64,000 bases of DNA from Geosiphon pyriformis uo1. Taxonomy: Eukaryota > Fungi > Glomeromycota. Within the stretch, counting starts at the first letter, position 1; each line of letters begins with the position of its first letter. Of the stretch, positions 52,826-64,000 are shown piece after piece. The stretch covers positions 778,719 to 842,718 of the forward strand of contig JAAOMT010000512.1 in the NCBI GenBank assembly GCA_016748015.1, read 5' to 3'. Position numbers and translations under genes: made by a program. Under the pieces are notes generated by a model. The model was not told the DNA's origin, did no database searches, and saw only the letters and a list, made by a program, of their open reading frames with translations.

Positions 52826-55800
52826 TCAGGTGTGATACGATGGAGAATTTGGACTTTTGATCATAATAGTTAACAATAGCGGATGATAATAAAAAAGACA
52901 AATCAATATTGGATAATACATCATTAATTCGTAAAATAAAAAATTACATCATTTACCTGTAATTGGGCGATTTGGGAGTATAAGCGGTCGTAGAGTGTGC
53001 AGGGGAGTTCGGACTAAAGCTTGGAGATGCTGGATTGAAAGACGGCGATGTTGGTCTAAAGAATTAACTTGTTAATAAAACTATACTAAAATAAATTTTT
53101 AATGAAATATACTTGAATACATACGAGTAAGATGGTGAAGTGGGTGAATATTGAGGTGATGTTGGACTATAGGCTGGACTTGTCGGCGAATAAGAAGGGC
53201 TGGTCGGCGAATAAGAAGGACTTGTAGGTGAATAACTTGGAGACGTAGGGGAATAACTAGGTGATGTTGGTGAATAACTTGGTGAGGTGGGTGAATAACT
53301 TGGAGATGTTGGTGAATAACTAGGGGATGTTGGTGAATAACTTGGCGACGTCGGCGAATATGAAGGGCTAGTCGGCGAGTAGGTAGGACTGGTTGCTTGA
53401 TAATTTAAGGGTGTACTCCCAGTTCCACGAAGAGTATTGCGAGGACCAAGAGCCAAGCCGACTCCCAAATTTCCGTTGACGCCGGCAAGTTGTCCTGCAA
53501 CCCCGTTGAATGCTGATGGGCTCGTAGGCGAATAGCTTGGGCTTGTGGGACTATAAGCAGGACTTGAAGGCGAAAAACCAGGGGATTGTGGATACGCAGA
53601 TGGTGAAGTTGGGGAATATTCAGGAGTTGCTGTGTGATAGGTTGGACTGGTATTAGGTGCATAGGGACTGACGCCCCAATTGACGGCATTTTGAGGATTT
53701 CCAACCATAATCGGAGTTCCGGAGCCTACTTCCGCTATAGGAGAAAATGCTGGCGTACTAGGAATTGAGAAATCAACATATTGTGGTGTTCGAGCACCAT
53801 GATGGGCTGGTGTATCCGCTCCATGAATGCCTGGTGTTCGACTTCCGTTAAACGGAGTCATGGGGGTCATATGGCCAGGAGTCATAGCACCGGAGCGACG
53901 ATATTCATTCATACCAAAATTGCCTTCAGCTGTTTTAGTTTCGGTTGGATGGGGCGGAACGACTGTCTTTAGCATTTCATCGTCAAGATATATATCAAAT
54001 TCACCGGTTCCAAGTGGCGCAACCTGTCCCAGCATAATATTTTCTGCTACTCCTTTACAGTCATCGATTTCACCTGCGGCGGCCGCTTCCATCAAGATTT
54101 CAACTGTCTCCTCAAAGGAGCATCTCATCAAAGCACCTGTTTCTGCACGATTAATACCGTGGCGAGTGATTGCCATAAGGTGTCCTCTTGATGTCATAAC
54201 GTCGCACAACAAAGCTAAATGACGATAATTGACATAAGAGCCATCAAACTCGATAACACCCCGAAGTTCCTTTAATAAAGCAGCACGAGTAGCTTCGATA
54301 CCCAAAACTGTCATAATTTCCACGCAATTATTTGAGTATGTTCGTTTATGGTCGACATGCTCGACACAAAGTACCTCTTGCAAATTTGTTCCATCAGTCT
54401 CTAGAGTCCATTCATCTTCTTTACAAATTTTGCCTACATCATCAATGTATATTTGTGTCTTTTTTGTTTCTATCAAGTAGACACGTTGGATTCCGCGAAT
54501 TCCCCTCAAACCAATACTTCCAAGCATATTGTTTTCTAATCTTTTGAGAAAGACATCCTCTTCAGTTGAATGATGAGTTCCTTCTTCATCAACAGTTTCT
54601 TTGTTGCTACTGGACTCATTAAGAATTCGACATCGAATGATTTTCTTGTCAGCATTATCGTCATTCCATATAGCATGGATGTCACGTCGAAAATGTTCTT
54701 GAATTTTGTTACCGACAGTATCCATAGGAAGCTTTTTATCAAGCATCACACCGTGTCCTAGTTCAAACCTCAAAACCCAGGGCGATTGTTGAATAGTATT
54801 TACTGTTTCTTCCATTTGATAATAGAGCTCAACGAATTCTCTATCTTCATCAATGATGCTAGAAGTTATGTCAGGATCATACCAAATTTCAGTGCATTGA
54901 GTAACAGTTTTAAGGGTTGTGTATTCAATCACACTTTGAATTTCTTTGGCAAGCTCCATATTTTTTGCGTATTCACCGTTTAAGTATACATGAATGGAAG
55001 GTGTCTTAATGTTTTTTGCGACATTGATAATTTCTTTGAGACGTGGTACACCAAGCGTGACGTTTTTACTGCTCACACCAGCATAATGAAAGGTATTCAA
55101 TGTCATCTGAGTGGCCGGCTCACCAATAGATTGAGCAGCAATTGTTCCGACCATCTCCCCAGGAGCAACTAATGAATTTTGAAACCTTTGTTGTATCTCA
55201 CCAATCAACCAGTTAAACGCTTTGTTGTTAAGATGATATTCTTCAATTACACGACGACTCGAAAGAACGGATCGCAATAAGATTTTGAAAAGCAAGGTGG
55301 AATTTAACTGTGCCTCTTGACTAATTTTGTCATCTCCATTGACCACCCGCAACTGGTCAATTAATCTGTTCAAGCTACCTAACAAAATAAGAGGATGTAG
55401 GTCACTTCCTTCCTTGGTGTCATAGCTAAACATTTGCTGGGCATTTTTTATTAGACGTTTAAGATTCACTGGCATTGGCCATTTGTTATCGCCATGAGGG
55501 AAAATAAATTCGCGCAATAATCTCCGATCTTCCTGTAATTGATTATATTCTTGTTCAAATTGATCTTGTACTTCTCTGGATGCCATTTCGCTCTCTAAAA
55601 GAGCAGTAAGTTTTGGAGTGAGGGAGCCGGCAGCAAAATCGAAATTGGAATCACCAAGATTAATCAAATATTTTCGTTCAAATTCGGCATTGGATAAGTT
55701 GAGAGAATCGAGTGACTGCTTTTCAACAAAGCAACCATCCATGCCGTCTTCCCCATAGCAAAATTGGATTACATCTCCTAAAGAATTTCGAACGGTCCCA

Positions 55801-58800
55801 TCATATTTAACCATTACATCCTCCAGGGCTTTCACTAGTCGACGTTGTATGTAACCAGTTTCGGCAGTTTTGACAGCCGTATCGATCAAACCTTAGTAAT
55901 AAGGTGAATTTAAGTTAAAAGAAATTACTATTTACTAATCGAGGGGTGATAATTACCTTCACGACCACCCATTGCATGGAAAAAAAATTCAGTTGGGGTT
56001 AATCCTCTTAGATAAGAATTTTCGACAAAGCCGCGAGACTCTGGACTATGATCATCTTTGGTAAAGTGTGGCAAAGTTCTAAACTTGAACCCAAAGGGTA
56101 TACGTTTGCCCTCTACATTTTGTTGACCAACACATGCACTCATCTGGGAAATGTTGATGAAAGATCCTTTAGAGCCAGAAACTACCATCTGCTTAACATT
56201 ATTTTCTTCTCGCAAACTCCTCTCAGCACTTCGCCCTGCCGAATCACGAGCCGTATTGAGCTCTCGGTTAACATGATGTTCAAACGATTCTCTGATGGTC
56301 ATACCCGGTTCGCATTTTAAATTATCTTGCTGCGCTTTCAAAATAATTTCTTGTACTCGAGATTTCGCAGCGCCAATGGTTTGCGTGATAGTCTCCATTG
56401 TATCCTTATCAGCAATCGTATCACCAATACCAATACTGAAGCCATGTTGTAGTAGCCAGTTATTTACTACTGTTTGACAACCATTTAAGAATTTTTTGGC
56501 AGCCTCAGAACCTAATTCCTGCATGATAACATGTACAAGTCCCTGCTGCGAGGTGCCAACTGTTTTTTTGCATATAATACCACAAAGTACTTGACCATCT
56601 TCTATTAATACCTTCGTGTCACCGGGAGAAATATCGGATTTTTCGTTTTCTGGATGTCCAGAGTGGAAACCATCACAATTGATACCTTTAGGAATGATCA
56701 AACTCAAAATTTGTTTACCCGTCCACATTGGAATCGGTTTGATGATACAAGGACGAGGAATACGTCCATCCCATTCAGGGACCCACATTAAAATGTTCAT
56801 TACTAAATCTCTGGATAGAAAGCAATCACGCTTGGTAAACTTGCGAACGGCACATAAAGTGTCCTGTACAATACCCATTACAGGTTTGTTCGATTGTGGT
56901 GAAACAATTTGCTTTGGAACCATGCAAATTTCTGTGATTTCTGCTCTAGTTTCTACTGATTGGGGCACATGCATGTTCATTTCATCGCCATCGAAATCTG
57001 CATTGTATGGTGAGGTGACGGACAAGTTCAGGCGAAAGGTCGAGTAAGGCATCACTCGGACTTTATGACCCATCATTGACATTTTGTGAAGTGAGGGTTG
57101 ACGGTTAAAAATGACAACATCACCATCGTTAAGATGACGCTCTACTTTCCATCCATATTGCAATCGCACCTCACCAGCACGTTTGTGATGCTTCAAGTCG
57201 ATGCGTTCCCCCGTATCTCGTATCACATATTTGGCTCCGGGATGTTCGGTAGGTCCATTACGCACAAGTTCTTGTAAATGTTCAATGTTATAAGGGGTGA
57301 CTAATTCAGGATACGTTAAATTACGTGCAATACTACGTGGAACGCCAACTTCGTCTACTGAGATATTTGGATCGCCTGTGATAACTGTACGTGCTGAGAA
57401 ATCAACACGTTTTCCCATGAGATTTCCACGAAGACGGCCTTCTTTTCCCTTTAGTCTAGCACGAATAGATTTTAAAGGTCTGCCAGATTTCTGTAAGGCT
57501 TGCGGTTGGCCGGCCATTTCATTATCCATATAAGTTGCGCAATGAAACTAAGGGGAAGTTTTTTAGAGGGGAATCCTAGCGGCAAACTCTATTGTAGTAT
57601 AGAGATAAAAGAACTAACCTGGAGTAGATCTTCGAATTCACTAATAACATGGACTGGGCTCCCTTCTGATTCAAACCTTCGTACGTTTTGATTGGCTTTG
57701 AGGATATCAGATAATTTATGTGTCAAATCATCTTCACCACGACTGGTTCCGTCCATCTGAATACTCGGACGCACGGGTGGTGGAGGAACTGGAAGAACCG
57801 TAATGATCATCCAATCAGGTCTCGCGAATTCAGCATTAAGACCCATATCAAGGAGATCTTGTTCTTTGATAGCCTTGAAAATTCTATACACATCAGCTGG
57901 AGTTAAAGGTTGCTTTGCATCTTGTGCTTGCTCCTACAATTTGAGGAAGATATTGTGGATAAATGATCTTTAACTAAATCTTTTGCCTATCTATCAGTTG
58001 ACTAACCTCATCCTTGGGTTTATAATTAGCGAATAGTTTTAAGCCATCTTTACGGATGGTAGGTTGCCGATGCCCACAACCACCATGTGGTTTTTTCCTT
58101 TTTAATCCAAGATCGTCCACAGCGGGTTGCGGTGCTTTATTTAGAAGTATCATATCTCCAAATTCTCCTAAGTCTTTGTCTTCATTAACAGCGTCAGGAT
58201 CTTCTCCGGATTCACAAACCATCTTTCCCTTACATATTTCCCAAACGGCGCGAAGACGGCGCTTGGGATCACGTATTTTGCGAGCTTGATTGAACTTTGG
58301 GTTTGACTAAACCATTAGAAGCAATGAAAACAGATCCCCGAAATGACAGGATAAAGATAGGGACATTTGTAAAGTAGTTTTGTTTGATTTATTTTGAATT
58401 TTTGAATTTGGCATTATGAGGATATACATAAACAATTTTTTGAGATTTGAGGTCAAGACAATGGAAATCAAATTTCTATTGATATTGAAAGCGAAGGGAC
58501 AACTCACGTCGTCTGTTTTCAACTTTGAGCATGAAACGCAGATACATTCCAAGATCTTCTTTACTTTAGGAAGAAAGCCTGTGTGATGTGTACACAGATT
58601 TTTGACAAATCAGATAAATAACAAGCATAAGGTCAGATTCAGTAAGTAGAAAAGATATCCAGAGATGAACTATGAGACGCTCGCATATTATCCATTGAGG
58701 TATGAAATAAGACAGATCGATGATAATCAAGGAATTTTTTCTAACAAAATTTCAAGAGCGAAGTGATGAAATACCAATGTGAAACACCGGTTTTGCCAGC

Positions 58801-59431
58801 TCTATGTGACCGAAATGACCTGGGCATTCGGACATTCCTTCGCCACATGTTTGGCATTTGAAATTTCGATCTATAGTTCCCATACGAGGATCAAGTAGAC
58901 CACCCATCTTCGGCTTATGTCCACTTTCGTCCATCGTTTCTGGGTGTTCGATCAACGCGACCGACATGTTTTTCTAGTAAAGTGTCAAGAAATACAATCC
59001 AGAGTCAAGGATACAAAACCATATTAAAACTATTCGAAAAATACGCTGATGTTGATCGTCAGGCTTTAAAAATTTTCAGCTAAAAGCAAGGGTATTTCGT
59101 TGAAATACCCCTCCCACTGCAACATCTTTGAACTTTTAGACTTTGGGATTCTATCGTTACCATCAATGATTTGTCGCAAAATATAAAAGTTATTAATGGT
59201 ACCCCTAAATTGTCAAACCAGACTTTAGCGTTTATTTTTTAAAGCTCGCGACATGCTATTCTCCTTGAGGGGAATGAAGTAAATTTAGCAACGGTAACCA
59301 AAGGTAGCAAAGTCTAAACTCTTTAGAAGAGCAGCAAAGGATACGATTTCGTCTGGGGATAAAATCCCAAACTGAACGTATTTCACTCGCCGTAGTGGCG
59401 CTGAAGAGTACGCAAACTGATATCCGTTCAT
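52826..59431 (-). CDS. RPB1: RNA polymerase II largest subunit
   Basis: [45 protein letters not shown] and a YSPTSPS heptad CTD; last exons 52957-53055 and 52826-52853. Confidence 0.98.
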
Positions 59432-60036
59432 GTCGGACGATGTTAGGCCAAAAGGGCTTTGAATTGTTGTTTCGCTAGCAACGAATCAGTCAAGTAAGCT
59501 GCTAATGATGAAGGGAAGAAAGAGGAAAAGACTCCAAATGCAAGAAAGCGCTGGAGTTAAAAGAGAAAGAATTTGCAACAATAATTGTTGAATCAAAAGC
59601 TGTCTGTTTATAAATCCGAGTGAACATGCAATTAGCAGCGCAGTTAACATAGGATTGGTAGAGCCAATGGAAACAGGCATTATTGTTCTAAAAGACTAGT
59701 ATTTTATTTAGTTATAAAAATGATTTTTTTTAACTAATATTTTTTACTTATATTTTTACATATGTAAAATAAAATAATTAATTAATTATATTAATATATG
59801 TTAAAAATAAAAAATAATTGTTGTTATTGCTATATTTATAAAATTAATATATAGTTTATTTAATTTTGTTTCTTTAAGCATTTGATTTTATTATGTTCTT
59901 TAAATTGTTTAATGTATTATATATAAATTAAATTATAATTTTTGAAGTCTCCCCCTTTTTCGGAATCAAGAGATTGAATCAAGTCTGTCTCATATAAATA
60001 TCACTCACTTCTAAAAGAAAATCTTTTCTTAGGAAA

Positions 60037-61262
60037 ATGGCTGAAACCCTCCCCCTTCCCTCCAAAATAATTGCTCGTTGGGCATGCAAAATTAAAGATT
60101 GGGAGCCCACGTTCGAAGTAATTTAAAATCCTTATCAACATCCTTGAATATTTAATCAATACCAATATAGTATCTTGTGATTTTTCAAATAGCAATATGA
60201 AGACGCTCTACTATGTGTACAAGCCGAAGAAAGGGATCGAATAAAAAAGTCTCGGTTTTTCAAAACTGTCAAACTGCGCCTTGTAGGACGTTTACTTTTA
60301 CGTTGGCTGTTTTGTAGCTATTATAAATTAGATTGGAAGACTATAAAATTTGGTCGAACCCCTCAAAATAAACCTATTTTGGTAAGTGACCTCATTGAAA
60401 TACCAAATAATTTGATGTGGTCATTTAGAATTATTCAGTTCCAATTTGAAATATTTTGCCATATGATTTAACGATTCATTGCAAGTCAAGCTTTCACCAG
60501 AAATGAAATCATTTGTCAAAGATGACTACATAATCGACTTCAATATATCGCATCATGGTGATTGGGTGGTTCTGGTTGCGGCGGAAATTCATAATTATGG
60601 TATGATAGGTGTGGATTTGATGAAAGTAGAAGAACCCCATAATGAAACGATTGAAATATTTTTCAATGCACTAGAGGACAAAGTTTAGTAGATCTATGTT
60701 CAAAAATACAAGAACTTTTGCCAATAACGGATAAGAAACGTTCATTGAAAAAAAATTATCTTTTTTGATATAAGTTTTCAGACTATGAATGGAGTGTTAT
60801 TCGTGCACACAAAGAAGCATCTAATCAGCTACACCGATTTTATCGATATTGGTGCTTGAAAGAAAGTTATGTTAAAGCACTTGGGCTTGGATTGGGGATG
60901 GATTTGCGAAAGGCTGAATTTCATTTTTCCCCCGATGAGAAAGATTCTTTTGGTGAAACAAAAGTTTGTCTCTATTCGATTGAAATTCTAATTTTGGGAT
61001 TGTTTAATTTCTGAAGATATACATTTGTAATCTTCAGATGATAAAAACTCGTACTCGATTATTGGTTGACAATCAAATGTGTCATGAATGGCAATTTGAG
61101 GAAAGTTATCTGGACGATGATCATTGCTTTGCGATCGCATATAACCGCAAAAAAGAGATCTCGGATATATCTATTACTCAATATAGGCAAGAATTTTCCC
61201 TTTTTAAACTTGTTGATGTCAATGAGATACTGTCCAACGCCTCTCATTTGAATTGGACATGA
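60037..61262 (+). CDS. Sfp-type 4'-phosphopantetheinyl transferase (Lys5/AASDHPPT family)
   Basis: NKPIL, FNISHHGDWV, IGVDLM and YWCLKESYVKALGLGL motifs; 5 exons. Confidence 0.9.
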
Positions 61263-61560
61263 ACTTATTGCGTAAATTCATCACAAACATGATTTTTATG
61301 AGCCAACCTTGAGTTTGGCACAGATTATAATCTCAAACCTTTCATTCAAATTAAATATATTAAGTGTTAAATTATCATGATGTTCCCAGAATTTATCAGT
61401 TCAAAATTATCTACATCACAAATGGTACCCTCACCTAGGCCATCCTAGCTTTTGATTATCCAATCTTTTTGGTCAAAGAAAATATCATGATTTTCCACCT
61501 TCATTTGAACTTTTCTCCTCTAAATTTGAATATGATTTGGATGAGAAAAAAATACACAAA

Positions 61561-63002
61561 TCAGAATATGAGATTATTTTGAAGATTTCTTTTTATACCT
61601 ATATCTTTTTTTTCACTATCTGCGCTTTTGAATTTTCCACCTTGCGACAGAAATTCAAGGATATGATCTTTGATGGCTTTGTATATCTCTTCAGTGAGTG
61701 CTTGTTTGCCATATACAGAAACAAACTCTCCATTTGGATCCATGAGGTAAAAGAATATTGAATGGTCTACCAAGTAATCCTCCCCATCTTTCACTTGCGG
61801 TGGTCGACTGAAATACATGCGATACGCTTTGGCGACCTTCGCCACCTGATCGAATGTACCGGTTAAGCCAATAAAATCCTTATGAAAATCTAAAGTGTGT
61901 CGAAGTTTAAGATATAAAAAATTTCGAGACTAAACGTGATATCATGGCAATTCAGAGAAACTTGCCCTTAAGGTATTCTCGGACAGCTTCAACGCTGTCG
62001 CGTTGCGGATCACATGATATAAAGATTGGTCTGATAATGTCACCTAGGTCTGGGTCACTTTCTGGAAGCGACATAAAAGGATGGTTAATAGAGGGTAACG
62101 TTTAAGTTGTCTATGGTTTGGCAGGTTTTGAGCACACTTGCTTAGCTTATCGATAACTGCCGTCATCTTATCCAATTCTTCAGGGCAAATATCAGGACAA
62201 TTCGTAAAGCCAAAATAAATCAGAGAATATCGGCCAAGAAGATCATGATCAGTAAAAACCTGTCCATTTTGATCGAGAAGGTCGAATGAGCCCCCAATCT
62301 TAGGCCTTCCTATTGATTTCATCTCGCGGTCTTCTTTTCCTAAAAGTGAGATCGTTTAAATAAGTAAAAATATCTTTCATCGAAATGTGAAAGGTCGGCG
62401 AAAAGGAATGGCTGATATAGATGTTATGGATACTTACGTTTCTTTTCCAACTTCTCCTTTTCATTCCTAAAGTAAAGTACAAGGCCTACGCCTGTTGCAA
62501 TAAATAAGGCTAGACTTCTCCACGTTGTTGGCTTGATGAAGTAAAATAAAGTCAGTTTCAGTGGATATTTGATTGACATTATGATATGCTGATATGAATA
62601 TAAAGAATTGAGCATACTCCCATTGCATAACGCTGACGAGAGGATGTTTCAGATTTCACATTTTTTGGTGTTTGCGTATAGTACCTTGAGGAATCCCAAT
62701 TAATTTTACTGGGAAAACTAGATTTTTTGATGGGACTTTTGTGCAGTATCTACAAAAACTGCTGCTTAGAAATGATCTTTGATGTTCACGAAAACCCAAT
62801 TCCCAGTAATTTCATTATAATAGCATGCCTGTTTACCCCCTGAATTTAATGATCGTAATATGATCAGAAATTTTTTTGTTGTTTGAACCGGAAAACTAAT
62901 ATTCTTGATGAGAAAATATCAATGTGGGATTAATAAATGTAAAAAATTAATATAAACAAGAATACAGACCAGTAACGCCTTCGAAGCAATTCTTAAAGAC
63001 AT
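61561..63002 (-). CDS. SCO1: Cytochrome c oxidase copper chaperone Sco1
   Basis: YFGFTNCPDICPEELDKM, ISCDPQRD and DYLVDHSIFFYLMDP motifs; TM segment. The first exon MSLRIASKALL (62970-63002) is inferred and less certain. Confidence 0.9.
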
Positions 63003-63809
63003 CAGGCAACAAAATCCAAAAAATCTGTTTTTTTATATTCTAGATCAGATTCTAATACTTTGGAATTGTATCAGAAATGACGATTTTGTTTGGATCATGT
63101 GACCTCCGATTTTCTAGATCAAATTTACCAACCATTTCACGTGGCCGTCAAAGGTACCTTTATTAAACCCAACAAAAGGATCCAATTTCTCGAGTAAAGC
63201 AAACCTAAAAAATCATACAATCCCAGATAATAATTCTATAGTGACAGTACTTCTAGTAGTTTTAACACTTCTCAAGTAAACTGTTCTCTAAAGAGGATAG
63301 TTTTCCTGAGAATGTAAATAATATGCAATATCATCAAGATCATAAAGATGCTAAGTGGACTCTTATACCAGTTCACGAAATTGTTACAGGAATCATGTAA
63401 TGAATCTGCAAAGCTGTTTTTTTGAGATCCCATCTAATTATCAAGAATTTCTATTTTCCTCATAGTACTTCGAAACGCATCTTGCTACATAAAAACAGTA
63501 ATTGAGGCAGATTGTGAGCTATTGATGGAATAAGGTTGAAGTGTTACGAATGTAAAACTGTATAAAGATTCGTTAAATCCCGCAGATTATGCAAAGGAAG
63601 AGCTCATCTAATTTCTATATCATAATTATATAATTTTTTGAGAGTGGGGTATGCCATTAGCTAATATTTGGTTCGGTTTATATTGGGCGTGGATACTTTG
63701 TAAAAATGACCAGCAAACATGTCTTACCAAAATCAAAAGACCCAACTGTCTAATGGTGATGTATATTAATTTTTATATTTATATTCGTCGAAATTCATAA
63801 CCAATGTCA

Positions 63810-63881
63810 TCCGCATTAGTCTAGTGGTTAGGATCTCCCGCTCTCACCGGGAAGGCCGGGGTTCAATTCCCCGATGCGGAA
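63810..63881 (+). tRNA. tRNA-Glu (CTC)
   Basis: Acceptor TCCGCAT/ATGCGGA; anticodon arm TCCCG-CT-CTC-AC-CGGGA; T arm GGTTCAATTCC; 72 nt, no intron. Confidence 0.97.
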
Positions 63882-64000
63882 TATACAGTCGAGAATATTA
63901 CATTACTATATTTTCATTGCATAACGGATTTCATTTTACCTTAATGCTATTTTATCCTTTTTCTTTATTGAAGCAAGAATTTTATTGGGCACTTGAATTT

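Noticed and set aside
53405-58289. Multiple antisense or alternate-frame ORFs within RPB1 (likewise in CHS and KU80)
   Set aside because: Shadow ORFs of long coding exons with no recognisable motifs.
59486-61262. PPTase as a marker of a secondary-metabolite cluster
   Set aside because: No NRPS/PKS nearby and the neighbours are housekeeping genes; a Lys5-type role suffices.
63010-63800. Possible small spliced gene between SCO1 and the tRNA
   Set aside because: Some splice-like signals are present, but no consistent reading frame or recognisable product could be assembled.

Overview
Eukaryotic, intron-rich fungal DNA, most likely Glomeromycotina (inferred from gene content, U12-type introns and the TE families; not provable here). 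The window has two compartments. (1) Repeat islands (1-20.6 kb, 24.5-31.3 kb, 36.3-39.3 kb) hold a hAT relic, ORF1-only non-LTR relics, a nested pair of Ty3/gypsy elements (A 3054-18861; B 3436-11556, inserted in A's 3' LTR and carrying a dUTPase), two solo LTRs and a pogo/Tigger-like element, all eroded by C>T/G>A transitions. (2) Intact housekeeping genes: WDR91, RPE1, PUB1/TIA1-like, VPS55, an ankyrin-repeat class IV chitin synthase, POP3-like, NAM9, KU80, RPB1, an Sfp-type PPTase, SCO1 and tRNA-Glu(CTC). The most notable observations are a predicted 1-nt exon in VPS55 (40587), context-independent RIP-like transition hypermutation confined to repeats, the ankyrin-chitin synthase fusion, U12-type introns in RPB1 and WDR91, a dUTPase-bearing gypsy element and an unexplained ORF in the env position. 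All exon structures, alignments and counts were done by hand and need confirmation.
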